Source of the DNA: Octopus vulgaris
Lineage: Eukaryota
Reading direction: 5' to 3'
Assembly (NCBI GenBank): GCA_951406725.2
Contig: OX597815.1
Coordinates: forward strand, 171,368,001-171,432,000
Length of the DNA: 64,000 nt
Shown in pieces: positions 36,741 through 50,429 of this stretch. Each line of letters starts with the position of its first letter. The stretch's first letter is position 1. Made by a program: the position numbers and the translations under genes. The notes beneath the pieces were generated by a model. It saw only the letters and a program-made list of their open reading frames with translations. It was not told the DNA's origin and ran no database searches.

Positions 36741-36862
36741 CAATCTGACAGGCATCACAATATTTTCGACTGCAGTTATGAGAATCCGTGTAACACCAAG
36801 GCTGTAAACCATGCCCTGGGTTTCGACAATGGTTGTGGTTGCCAATGCCTCTGGTTATGTCC
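36741..36862 (-). CDS. Same gene, kringle domain exon 2
   Basis: aacag|G GAC...ATT G|gtaact; GIGNHNHCRNPGHGLQPWCYTDSHNCSRKYCDACQI (N.CRNP....PWCYT). Confidence 0.92.
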
Positions 36863-37068
36863 CTGTTATCAAACAAAGTAGTAGTAGTAGTAGTAGTAGT
36901 AGTAAGTTAAGTTAAGTTAAGTTAATTTTTTGGCTCAAAAAGCAAAAAGCAAGGCCATGTAGAGGGACATGAAGTTATGTAAAGGGAGGGTGTTCATGCG
37001 AAGAGTTCAAGCCATTTCTGGTCAAGAGAGACTTTGAACTGAGCGGTCGTTGGCATCTTCGTAGTAGT

Positions 37069-37143
<75 letters not shown>

Positions 37144-37278
37144 TCTTTCCTTTAAAGGCACAAGGCCTGAAATTTAGGGGAGGGGGACCAATCGATTATA
37201 TCGACGCCAGTGTTCCACTGATACTTAATGCACCAACCTCGAAAGGATGAAAGGTAAAGTCAACCCCGGCAGAATTTG

Positions 37279-37353
<75 letters not shown>

Positions 37354-37574
37354 CCGCTTTGATGGCATGCACTGCTCTTTCACTCAATAATAATAATGAT
37401 AATCCTTTTTATTATAGGTACAAGGCATGAAATTTCGAGCGAGTGGACTAGTCGATTACAACGATCCCAGTGTTTCACCGGTACTTAATTTAGCGACCCC
37501 GAAAAGATGAAAGGCAAAGTCGACCTCGGGAGAATTTGAACTCAGAATGCTAACGATACTGCCAACTCGCTGCC

Positions 37575-37668
<94 letters not shown>

Positions 37669-38085
37669 GTACCACCGAAATAATCCCATGTTCTCGTAAT
37701 TGTTTAGTGCACACCAATTCAGTCCTGTCTGTTAAAACTCGGATAGTTACTTGTTTCTACATCAGTTATCAACCACCTGGACCATTCGAATGGCTTTTGT
37801 ACTCTCGTATCTCAGAAAACATACCTTAGCAACCTTCGTGTTTAGCTCTGTGTCTTTTCCATAAGCCTCCTCCAGTTTATCTATTGACCATCCTCTCTAT
37901 GTCCTTCTATGTTTATTTTAAAAACATTAATCAAACTACACTTACATCATTCAGGAAAGCATAAATTAGCTGAACATTTGTGAGTTTGTTGCTTAAAATA
38001 TAACTAGAATTCGTATAAGAGTTTTAAAAAATCTAAAGGTTTTAAATAATGCATTAAATACTTAAAACAGAATATTTTCACTAAC

Positions 38086-38218
38086 CAACTATTGAAAGGA
38101 TGATGCCGACAATTCGTAGATTCATTCCAGAAACGGCACTTGTCAAATTCTTTCGTCATATCTACTTTACCACGATATGTACGCCCGTTGTCTTTTAAAT
38201 TGAAGCAAAGTTTTCTTC
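38086..38218 (-). CDS. Same gene, kringle domain exon 1
   Basis: atttcag|GA...AGT TG|gttagt; LCFNLKDNGRTYRGKVDMTKEFDKCRFW (C.....G.TYRG....T.....C..W). Confidence 0.9.
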
Positions 38219-38326
38219 CTGAAATAATAGAGGTTTCTAACACTGTTACATGTATTATATCATAAAAAAATTATACCATAAAAATTTATTGATAAAATAC
38301 GTTGTATTGAGGTTGTTGAGAAAAAG

Positions 38327-38446
<120 letters not shown>

Positions 38447-38463
38447 TAGATAGATAGACAGAC

Positions 38464-38543
<80 letters not shown>

Positions 38544-38742
38544 GATTAATCCTGCGTTCATTAAAAGAATATCATTGGCAAATTATTAGTCTTATTTTCA
38601 AAAATCGCATTTTTGTTTTTATTTTGCAATTATAAAACTAAAAATAGCAAAACGAAATCTCAGTCAAAATAGTTCAAAGAACTTATTCAGTATAGTATAT
38701 ATTTCAAACTATTTAGATGAGTGTCAAAATTATTTTTCAAAC

Positions 38743-38864
38743 CTTCAATATAGTCTACGATTGCTTTAAATCCGATTCGAGAAAATTTGTAGTTAGTTTT
38801 CATTGTTATCATCATTATGTTTCTTCGTGAAACAACAACCTTAATTGGCATTTTCCCGCAATAT
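38743..38864 (-). CDS. Same gene, CUB domain exon 3
   Basis: ccaccag|A TAT TGC...GAA G|gtttga, phase 2-1; YCGKMPIKVVVSRRNIMMITMKTNYKFSRIGFKAIVDYIE (YCG...S..N.M...........GF.A). Confidence 0.88.
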
Positions 38865-39542
38865 CTGGTGGAAAAAGACATAAGAGTATCTAATTTAAAT
38901 CCGTTCCACAAACGAGAAATACGTGGTATATAAGATCTTACGCCTTTCCTCTAATTATGGAAACAAAATAAATGTTTGTTATTTTGAATATATATTTGAT
39001 GTATCTCTCCTTTAAAGTTATTAACTAAATATACCATTACAGGTTTATCACGAGACTTCAACTTTGCACTACTAACAAGCAACAACTGAAATTCATGAAC
39101 TATGCCCATATACGTTAAGAAATCGTATATCTTGAAGTGTTCTTGCATGGCTAATGTAGCAGAGAATTGACAAAATAGAGATGATGCGGGAAGTATTCTT
39201 TTAATATTTCATTAATGCTTTAATGCTTTTTAACATTTCATTAGTGTCTTCTGTTCACACTGGAATCTTGTTATAGTCAACTGAAGTTGAATCTCAACTA
39301 TCACAAAGGGCTTATGTTTATCGTGTTATCTCGAAAATTCTAGAAAATGTTTACCTGCCAAATAATATCCCGGTAGAATAATTTGTTATTTTACAACAGT
39401 CCTGGTCTAAAGAAGTTAAACATATCTTTTTCCTGGATTACTAAAACTAATGATGTAACATAATATAAATTCACGTCTTAAGAGCAGTGAGATTATTCTT
39501 TAAATTTCTTATTTATTCTGTAAAAATAACGTAAACACTTAC

Positions 39543-39661
39543 TTGATTCCTGGTTGACCTATCAAATTGAAACGAATCTCAACATAATCTGGACATTTTT
39601 TCTTCTTGCCTTCGACGAAAAATTTCAAAAATTTAAGTCTTATCAAAGAATTTTTTGGACT
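39543..39661 (-). CDS. Same gene, CUB domain exon 2
   Basis: ttgcag|AGT...ATC AA|gtaagt, phase 0-2; SPKNSLIRLKFLKFFVEGKKKKCPDYVEIRFNLIGQPGI (I.L.F..F.+E....C.DY+EIR). Confidence 0.88.
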
Positions 39662-41987
39662 CTGCAAAGAAATAAAATATTGGCTTCAGATCAAACATTA
39701 GTACGAGTAACCTAGATATTTTTTACCTAGATATTTTTATAAAGGTATTTTATATCCTTTGTAATTATTTCATAAACAAAGCTATATAATTATTTTTCAA
39801 CTTTCATTAATTTGGTTAATTCCCTTTGCATTTTGTCTTAGTTACCGTTTCCCTCTATATTTTTGACATGTTTGTTTCTCTAAAGACAACTGTGTGCAAC
39901 AGCTTACCAATTGTATATGTATACATTAAAACATACAGCTCACAACATCAAACACCTACATACATTAAAACCTGAATCTTTTTGAGTTCTAATTTCAAGT
40001 TTCATAGTACTGACTATTTAAACTGAAGTAGAGAAATAGCGAAACAAATTATTCGTAAACATGTCGCAATACTAGGCATCGTGATTTCATTGACTATCGG
40101 AAGATCTTTGGAAAATGCATCACTCATTCATCTTTTCAATTTTTATGCGTAGAACAAGGGATATATTCATCTACTCTAATGCAGGAACGTGGTGTATTCA
40201 ATATCATCAATGTAAAACGCACATGAGCAAGAAGGGTAGCTAGTTTTAGTGTTGAATATATAAGTTTTTTTTCATATGACTATCTCTTATGTTTTGACAA
40301 ATGCATTGTGTGAGAAATATACTTCATAAGCTAGTTAGTACTCGGAAATTCCTCAATAAATAATGAAGGAAGTGTATGAATTTATTTACAAATTCAGTTT
40401 TGTCTGTTCAAAATTGCAATAGAATGTTATACTTCTCAGAGAGACATACATAACACTGTCTGGAGTTACTAATATAAGGTGACGCGTGTTCTATAATCGT
40501 TGATATTATCCTTTAAAATGCAGATATATTGAGAAAGTGGTATGAGAGACGTCATTCTGTCAAAATCTACGCATTTATTGCAAGAAAATTTTAAGGAGAT
40601 TATCAGTAAGTCTTATACAGTTTTTGCTTCCCTGTAACCTAACCCTAACCTGCTTAAACTGGCCTTAGAAGCATTGGAACTTTCTATGCAAAATATCTCA
40701 ACTTACTGCAGTTTGCATACAAGAAATATTTATGATCTTAGTAACATTGGAATTAACATCTAATCTATAGGAAGGATTATTTTGTTTCCTATATTTATCG
40801 ATTTATTTATTCATTTATATACAGGGTGTGGTGGGTAAATTGTCACCATTTTATACTTTTTATTTCGTGCATTAAAATAATCAGAATTAGAATATAAACA
40901 TCGGGTAGACACAAATCTAAACAGAATTTATTTTTTAAAACTGTAACTATAGATTTAGGAACTTGTAAACACTACCTTATTAGAACAATCAAACGAGTGT
41001 GATTATATAAATTTCAACTATCTCCCAATAGTCCTTAAAGCTTAGCTAATAACATTAGTAAGTATATATTCAGCTTATTCTCTGACAAATGTTCATTTAA
41101 CACAGCTACTCCATATTACAATAAGACATCAAATGACGGTGGTTTCTAATATAAAATACATTATGTACGAGTTGAAACTATTACTGTGAACGTAAAGAAA
41201 TGGAACGAAAAATTATATAATTCTATTAGTAGCTTAGATGTTTGTTCAAATATTGCTGGGTTTTTTTATAAATCATCTAAATTAGCATATTCTCGGAGGC
41301 CATATATATCATAATATACTAAAAACAAATTGTTTAAGGGGAGCTAAAGTTGCAGAAAAATGCACATTGTTCCAATCGACACTGTAAACAGAAGTAAACT
41401 TTCAAAATGCGTGTTTTATACTTAGGCTACTGAAAACATTATGTGGTTTTATATGTGAATAAATAATTTTCTACACTTTCCATGGGTTTTAATCAATCAA
41501 ATTTCGATAAATAATCATGTTCAAACGGGTTAGTGATTTTTTTTTTTTTTGCTACTCCTTTACTTCTATTGTTTGAATAATCGGCAACGTGAAACTTGCT
41601 GTTACAATTCAAAATGCTTCTGCATTTTTTAAAACTTTGTTTACACAAATGGGGACTAATATATATATATATAATATTTTTTTATAAGATTACCGTGCAA
41701 ATGACTAAGGAAAAATAGTCTAATGATGAGGCATATAAGCTCACGACAGAAAAAAGTAGGCTTTACCGTACGCGTACCGGAAAGCCTACTTTCCCACGCA
41801 TATGGCAAAGCCTACTTTTTTTCTGTCGAGGGCTTATGTGCCCCATTATTAGACTATTTTTCCTTAGTCATCTGCACGGTGATCGCTATAAGCTTTAAGG
41901 TTATAAAGAAATACCATTATAATCATTTACAGAATTGTGAAACTCGACACCGATGAAGAAAACCATTCGCACAGAAATATATATATA

Positions 41988-42071
<84 letters not shown>

Positions 42072-42465
42072 GGGATATAATGTTAGGCACGAATTAAGAT
42101 AGATTTCATGGAACATGACATTAGACGAAACTGCGAATATTATCCGTTAAAAATACGTTTTTATTTATTTCGGTAGTTAAATTTTCTCAGAATCCACTTG
42201 GTTTAATCGCTAACAGAATAGTATGATCAAGGATGCTTGTGTAGTTTGTTTCACTCTTGCAGTGGACTTTTTACTACATAGCACTTGTAGATATCATATG
42301 TACGTGTGCGTGTTCGCGTATGTACATTATATGCATCACACACACACACACACATACACATACATACATACATACATACATACATACATACATACATACA
42401 TACATACATACATACATACATACATACATACACATACGTGCGCGGTGAAATGTGTCAGCACTCAC

Positions 42466-42575
42466 CTTGATAAGCCAGTGACAGAGGAGGTTATCGCTAT
42501 ATTTTCTTGGAAAATTCGGGGAAGTTATTATTGAACTTCGAGCTTTCCTCTTTAGTTGAATAACTCTGCCACAGT
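42466..42575 (-). CDS. Same gene, CUB domain exon 1
   Basis: tttag|AC TGT...AAG|gtgagt; CGRVIQLKRKARSSIITSPNFPRKYSDNLLCHWLIK (CG...ITSPNFP..Y.....C.W.I). Confidence 0.9.
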
Positions 42576-42830
42576 CTAAAAATATATAAAAGATATCGAA
42601 ATGTACTGTGTACACCAAAGAAGTAAATAACTTGAATTTACATGTCTCATACACACAATGAACATCTTGCTTAACATTAACTTAGATAACTAAGGTATTG
42701 GTCTGTATTTTGTTTAGGTTATCTTATATATTTTTAAACTAAGTTCAGTCAGTGGATTACGGCCATCCCGGAACACTGCCTTCAAAGGTTTTAGTCGAAT
42801 GAACTGACCTCGATGCTTATTATTATTATG

Positions 42831-42908
<78 letters not shown>

Positions 42909-43052
42909 ACAGAAAAGATTGAAGGGGAGTTACCTCAATCCTTTTTATATTAACCAAAATGAAGTAGATTGACAAATTTATTTTTTGAACCAGTTGAAGA
43001 TACACAAGATGTCGAAATATCGTTCACTAGATTACAATGGCACTACTACTAC

Positions 43053-43163
<111 letters not shown>

Positions 43164-43174
43164 CATCATCATCA

Positions 43175-43242
<68 letters not shown>

Positions 43243-43259
43243 CATTATTATTATTCCCT

Positions 43260-44620
43260 TTGCACAGCTTATAACGCTAGATATGTACTACAGTGTCAGC
43301 TGTTCACTACCAGTGAACTAAGGTAACACCTCTTATTTTTCGAGCACCTCCCGGAGTATTCGGGCGGTTCCAAGCACTATTGTTTTCTTCAAATGCTCCA
43401 CCCTTATTGCAGTCCCTATTTATTCCACGTACTTCTCGAGATTTTTGCTCACTGTTCCCAGGGCTCCGAAAATTATTGGTACTACTGCTATCTTTTTCAT
43501 TGACCCCGACTGCTTAACTTCCCAAGCTAACCTTTCATATCTCTCGACATTCTTTCCTTCCTTATCGCATACTTTGTTGTCAACTGGGCATGCTATGTCC
43601 GTGATCCAGCATAGTTTGTTTTCTTTCTCAATTAAGACTATGTCCGGTTTCCTATTCTCAAATCTTAAACCATGAGATTAGTATTATTATCATTTAGTAG
43701 TTTTATTTTTATAGCGTGCTTTTACTTCACTACTGAGCGCAGCTCTGTGTGCCTTGGGTATGTGCTGTGATTTGTTGTGATGCTCTGATGGTTATTGTAT
43801 GGAAAGTGTTCTGCGTAGGATGTGTGCAGTGCCTAGTAGTGCAATTTTCTGTATGTTATATGTGTTTGTAAGTCCTGGTGTTTTTGTTATGTATTTGTCT
43901 GAATATTTTTTTATCATACCTAATGCACCCACTATGATAGGAATTGTTTCTGTTTTTAGATTCCACATTCTGGTTACCTCTATTTCCAGGTCTTTGTATT
44001 TTGAAAGTTTCTCAATTTCTTTTAGAGACACGTTGTCATCTGTCGGTATTGATACATCAATTAGAAAGCATTTTTTCTTCATGATCTCTGATAACTATAT
44101 CTGGTCTGTTGGCCTTAATTTCTCTATCTGTATGTATCGGCATATCCCAGAGTATGGTTGCTTTCTCGTTTTCTGTGACCTTTTCTGGTGTGTGCCTATA
44201 CCATCTTTTTTCTGTTGTTATTCCATAATGTTGGCATAGCTTCCAGTGTATGCAGGTTCCAACTCTGTCATGTCTGTGAATATATTCCTTATTAGCCAGG
44301 ACTGGGCAGCCAGAGATAATATGATTTATTATTTCTTGTCCATCTCCACATATTCTGCAGTTACTTGTTATATTTCTTTACATTACATGTTTTTGGTAAT
44401 TTCTGGTGGGGAGGCTTTGGTCTTGTGCTGCAATTAAGAATCCCTCTGTCTCTGCTTTGAGTCCTGAGCTTCTCAACCATTGCTGGGATTTTTCTTTGTC
44501 TATTTCTTTTGCATTCAGTTTAGTCCAGTATTTACCATGAAGGGGCTTTTCTTGCCATCGTTTTATCATGGTTCTTTGCTGTTCTAGTTTTAGTTTGGAT
44601 TTCATTTGTTTTATAGCTTT
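43260..44620 (-). mobile_element. R4/Dong-like LINE 3' fragments (two adjacent pieces) between (TTA)n tracts
   Basis: WQEKPLHGKY...LKAETEGFLIAAQDQSLPTRNY; CFLIDVSIP...EIEKLSKYKDL...IPIIVGALG; same family as 11280-12470. Confidence 0.88.
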
Positions 44621-44653
44621 TGTTGTTTCTTCTTCTTCTTCTTCTTCTTCTTC

Positions 44654-44732
<79 letters not shown>

Positions 44733-44843
44733 CATTAAGTGCAAACCTACACCGGTGGCCAAGCGCTGTGTTCTGTCTTACTAATACACACATACACACA
44801 CACACACACATGCACACACTCACATGTATATATAATATGTGTA

Positions 44844-44875
<32 letters not shown>

Positions 44876-44889
44876 TGTGCATGTAGCGT

Positions 44890-45300
44890 GTGCAATGGGT
44901 AAACTGCCACCATTTTATATCTTTAGTTTCGCACATGAGCATTGTTTGTTTTTGATTTTGTCGACTACACAGTATTGTAGGGTTAGTTGGGCAACGTCCG
45001 TGAGAAAAAACAGCACCCATGAAGCAATTCACTCTGCCAGAAATTTTTAAACTACATGCTATACTGCTTGGCATTCGCGCTGGAAGCTCCAATAGGAACA
45101 GATGGTGAACACACAACAACCATTGGCTTGCCGTGTCCCCAAAACATGTACCGAGACTGATAAAAATCAAACATCCAGCCAGCATCATGGAGTGTTTGGA
45201 GTGATCACAAGTGATGGCAACGTTATACCTCCACTCATCTTCCCTTACGACCTCAGACTTAACACGGAGTGCTACATCAAATGCCTGGAGGAGGTAATTT
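44890..45300 (+). mobile_element. Tc1/mariner-superfamily transposase remnant
   Basis: KHPAS...VFGVITSDGNVIPPLIFP..LRLNTECYIKCLEEV; end sequence gggtaaactgccaccatttt recurs at about 40820-40860. Confidence 0.6.
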
Positions 45301-45580
45301 TTTAAGCAAGAGATTTAAAAACTTAATAACACCTGGGTCGATTTGTTTGACTAAAATCCACTCCAGGCAGTGACCCAACAGGGTCGCAGTCAAATGATCG
45401 AAACAAGTGCAAGATAAAAGATATATAACTTTCACTGTAATATATATAAACTCGAGAGATTGCTTTAAGAGACATGCCGTATTTTATAAATATGCCTGTT
45501 CAAGTATCATAATACCATGAAACTATTAGTAGTTTCTTTCGGTTGTCTATATATATGTGTGTGCGTGTGTATGTATATAT

Positions 45581-45633
<53 letters not shown>

Positions 45634-46569
45634 AAATAATACACGAATATATACATGTATACATACATATATGCACATACCCACATATATATGTACATAT
45701 ACATGCATATATGGGGACAGGGCATAAAAGAAAAGAACGTGGACAGAATGAGCAACGAGACACGCAACACAAAGAACACTCCTTTCATCAGTTGTCCCCT
45801 GTCTTATCCATTCCGCGTTCCGAAAGTAAGGACAAGACGCGATTTCGTTAAAACAGTCTTTCCCGCAAAGCAAATGAAATAAAATTTTGGATATTTTGCA
45901 GAGAGTGGAAGTGGTAGCAAAAACAGGACAGTAAGAACAAAACAGTAAAAACAAACGGTGAAGGCTCTTAAGCCCAGACATTGTGAAGCGGTGAACGCTT
46001 GGAAAAAAATGCCTTGAGAAGAGACAGACAAAAGCACGTATTGTCTTTAGGAAGGAAGTGGAAGAAAGAGAAAATGGCCGTTGGTTACGTGTGAGCAACG
46101 AGAGACAAAGGGAGAATGGTGAATGGGAAATGAGAAGAATAGGGAAAGGGTGGGAGATAAAAACAGAAAGGAAGAAGAAGACAGGAAGATAGACAGAAAA
46201 GAAATAGAATAAGAGTGCGCATCGTAATTATTAAGATAAAACATACTTAGAAAAAGATGCATGGCGTTCGATCACATAATATATATATATATATATATAT
46301 CATATTCTTTTAATATTTTACATGTTTCAGTCATTTGACTGCAGCTATGGATGGAGCACTGCCTTTAGTCGAACAACCCAGGACTTATTCTTTGTAAGCG
46401 TAGTACTTATTCTGTCGTTTTCTGTTGCCGAATAGCTAAGATACGGAGATGTAAACACACCAACATCGGTTGTCATAGTGATGTAGGGGGATAAACACAC
46501 ACACACGCTCACACTCAAATATATACTTACATATATATATGTATATATATATGTATATATATATGCATA

Positions 46570-46619
<50 letters not shown>

Positions 46620-46684
46620 GGTCCTGGGTTGATTCGGGGTTAACCACAGTAAGTAAGGTACTCAATACATAGCAGAGTAAAATT

Positions 46685-47113
46685 AATTTATTATATAGAA
46701 GGAGCTTCTACAGGACTAGTACTGTTTCATTCAAGAGAAATCTTCAGGAAGCTATTTAACAAGAATTGTATTAGCATTTATACATTTAGGCAGGTTTAAA
46801 GGAGTGGTGGTGGGGGACTTTTTTGGGGGTAGGCATAGCGCAAAATATCATACTTGGGGGAGTGGTCAAGGAGTCAGTGGTAAGTTAGATGAAAGAATAG
46901 ATAAATAAAAAAAAAATTTAAAAAAATAAAAATAAAAAAATAAAAAAATAAAAAAATAAAAAATAAAAAAATAAAGAAATAAAAAATATATATAAAAAAT
47001 ATATATATAAAAAAAATATATATATAAAAAAAGGGGGATAGAGTTATAGGTAAATAAGGAGATTCTCACTTATACCTATACACATATGTATACGTATCTA
47101 CACACATATATAT

Positions 47114-47160
<47 letters not shown>

Positions 47161-47453
47161 CACATATACATACATATCTACATACACACATACATACACC
47201 CGCCCACATATACAAATTTATACACATGCACATGCATATACCTGTCTACACATACACACACGTATATATGCATACACTCACTCCCATGCATGCACGCATA
47301 CACACATGTGTATATATATACCCACGACCACACATACATATATACACAGAAAAATATATATTCATACGCACATACACTCATGCACACACAACACACCTAG
47401 TTCCCTATATACACATATTTACACCTATATATACATACACCCACATACACATA

Positions 47454-47495
<42 letters not shown>

Positions 47496-47696
47496 CACGC
47501 ATACATATATATACATGTGTGCACATACATACATATACACATATACATACACATACACATACACATGTGTACCTATACATACCTATACATACCATGTGTG
47601 TATGTGTAGGTATGTATAGGTACACATGTGTATGTGTATGTGTATGTATATGTGTATATGTATGTATGTGCACACATGTATATATATGTATGCGTG

Positions 47697-47738
<42 letters not shown>

Positions 47739-48031
47739 TATGTGTATGTGGGTGTATGTATATATAGGTGTAAATATGTGTATATAGGGAACTAGGTGTG
47801 TTGTGTGTGCATGAGTGTATGTGCGTATGAATATATATTTTTCTGTGTATATATGTATGTGTGGTCGTGGGTATATATATACACATGTGTGTATGCGTGC
47901 ATGCATGGGAGTGAGTGTATGCATATATACGTGTGTGTATGTGTAGACAGGTATATGCATGTGCATGTGTATAAATTTGTATATGTGGGCGGGTGTATGT
48001 ATGTGTGTATGTAGATATGTATGTATATGTG

Positions 48032-48073
<42 letters not shown>

Positions 48074-48474
48074 TATATATATGTGTGTAGATACGTATAC
48101 ATATGTGTATAGGTATAAGTGAGAATCTCCTTATTTACCTATAACTCTATCCCCCCTTTTTTTATATATATATTTTTTTTATATATATATTTTTTTATAT
48201 ATATTTTTTATTTCTTTATTTTTTTATTTTTTATTTTTTTTTATTTTTTTATTTTTTTTTTATTTATCTATTCTTTCATCTAACTTACCACTGACTCCTT
48301 GACCACTCCCCCAAGTATGATATTTTGCGCTATGCCTACCCCCAAAAAAGTCCCCCACCACCACTCCTTTAAACCTGCCTAAATGTATAAATGCTAATAC
48401 AATTCTTGTTAAATAGCTTCCTGAAGATTTCTCTTGAATGAAACAGTACTAGTCCTGTAGAAGCTCCTTCTATA

Positions 48475-48483
<9 letters not shown>
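46685..48483. repeat. About 1.8-kb near-perfect palindrome (arms about 900 bp, about 7-nt loop near 47596)
   Basis: 46685-47592 is the reverse complement of 47600-48483, differing mainly in microsatellite lengths. Confidence 0.92.
48415..48465 (+). ncRNA. Hammerhead-like motif in the 1.8-kb palindrome (mirror 46703-46753 on minus; partial copy about 52140-52180)
   Basis: AGCTTC-CTGAAGA-TTTC tctt GAAT-GAAAC AGTACT A GTC-ctgta-GAAGCT. Confidence 0.55.
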
Positions 48484-48559
<76 letters not shown>

Positions 48560-49103
48560 TATATATATATATATATATATATATAATGGTTGTATACTGT
48601 CAATCTAACAAGAACGTGACAGTAGGGGGTACACCACCGCTGTATAGCCCTAGGAAGCATCGAACGCCTCCTGATAGCTTTGACACATTTTTTCCCTGTG
48701 TCCTTATATACATATACGAAGGGGAGACAAACACCCCCGGCTGCCGGAACTGGATCTAGGGACACCGTGTTTCAGGATCGTTGTCCTTCATCGGCCTAGA
48801 GTAGTAGACACCGGTCAGCTGGTGATATTTGCCTCGACTTCGTAATTGTATATACCTATATTCAGTGAAGTTTAATCACTGATTATCAAAATAAGAAATA
48901 TTGAATTTCTAAATCTCTCGTAGAGACATGTACGGTGGTGGGGCGATAGAATGGTTGTATACTGTCAATCTAACAAGAACGTGACAGTAGGGAGTACACC
49001 ACCGCTGTATAGCCCTAGGAAGGCTATATTAAACTTCACTGAATATAGGTATATACAATTACGAAGTCGAGGCAAATATCACCAGCTGACCGGTGTCTGC
49101 TAC

Positions 49104-49149
49104 TCTAGGCCGATGAAGGACAACGATCCTGAAACACGGTGTCCCTAGA
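49104..49149 (+). ncRNA. Type I hammerhead ribozyme, CCGAUGA core variant (mirror 48755-48800 on minus)
   Basis: Stem I TCTAGG/CCTAGA; CCGATGA; stem II AGGA caacga TCCT; GAA-ACAC g GTGT-C (GUC site). Confidence 0.8.
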
Positions 49150-49628
49150 TGCAGTTCCGGCAGCCGGGGGTGTTTGTATCCCCTTCGTATATGTACATAA
49201 GGACACAGGGAAAAATGTGTCAAAGCTATCAGGAGGCGTTCGATGCTTCCTAGAGCTATACAGCGGTGGTGTACCCACTACTGTCACGTTCTTGTTAGAT
49301 TGACAGTATACAACCATTCTATCGCCCCACCACCGTACATGTCTCTACGAGAGATTTAGAAATTCAATATTTCTTATATATATATATATATACAACTGAG
49401 TACTAAGCCTGAGAAGAGACATCCAAACAAGGATGTAGGACTGAGCTCCAGTTAACTTCTTATGAGTCATTTATCTTTAAATGAAACTGACTATCGCTGG
49501 GGTGTCAAGTGTTGTGGTACCATTGATCGTTGCTAAGCAGAAGCTATCCTATTATTGTGAATTCAGGTATGTTTGGAAATGGTATATAACTTACATTGCA
49601 ATATATATATATTTACATATATATACAG

Positions 49629-49701
<73 letters not shown>

Positions 49702-49841
49702 GCATATATATATATACATATATATATACATATATATATATGTACATGTATACATATATATATATATATACATATATGTACATATATATATATATACATA
49801 TGAATATATATATATATATATTTATATACACACATACACAC

Positions 49842-49877
<36 letters not shown>

Positions 49878-50094
49878 CTACTGAACGCTATTCCTGAGAA
49901 GAGACACCCAAACAGCCATGTAGTACTAAGCACCAGTAAACCGCTTATGAGTCATTTATCCTTAAATGAAACTGAATATCGCAGCAGTTTCACCTGCTCT
50001 GGTAACATTGATCGTTCCTAAGCAGTAGATATTGTGAATTGGTGAGTGTTTGGTAACGGTATATAGCTGATATATAACTTTCACTGCAATGTAT

Positions 50095-50232
<138 letters not shown>

Positions 50233-50429
50233 AATATATATATATATATCCTGAAAGATGGCGTATTTTATTAATATGCTTGTTCAAGTATCATAATTGC
50301 ATGAAACTATTAGCTCTTTCAGTTTTCTACGTGTAGACTGTTTTGATAGTCGTGTCTGTGCAGATATAGTAATTAAACTTTGAAACTGAGTGGATGGTAT
50401 ATCGGTCCAACCTTTTGAGGATAATATCA

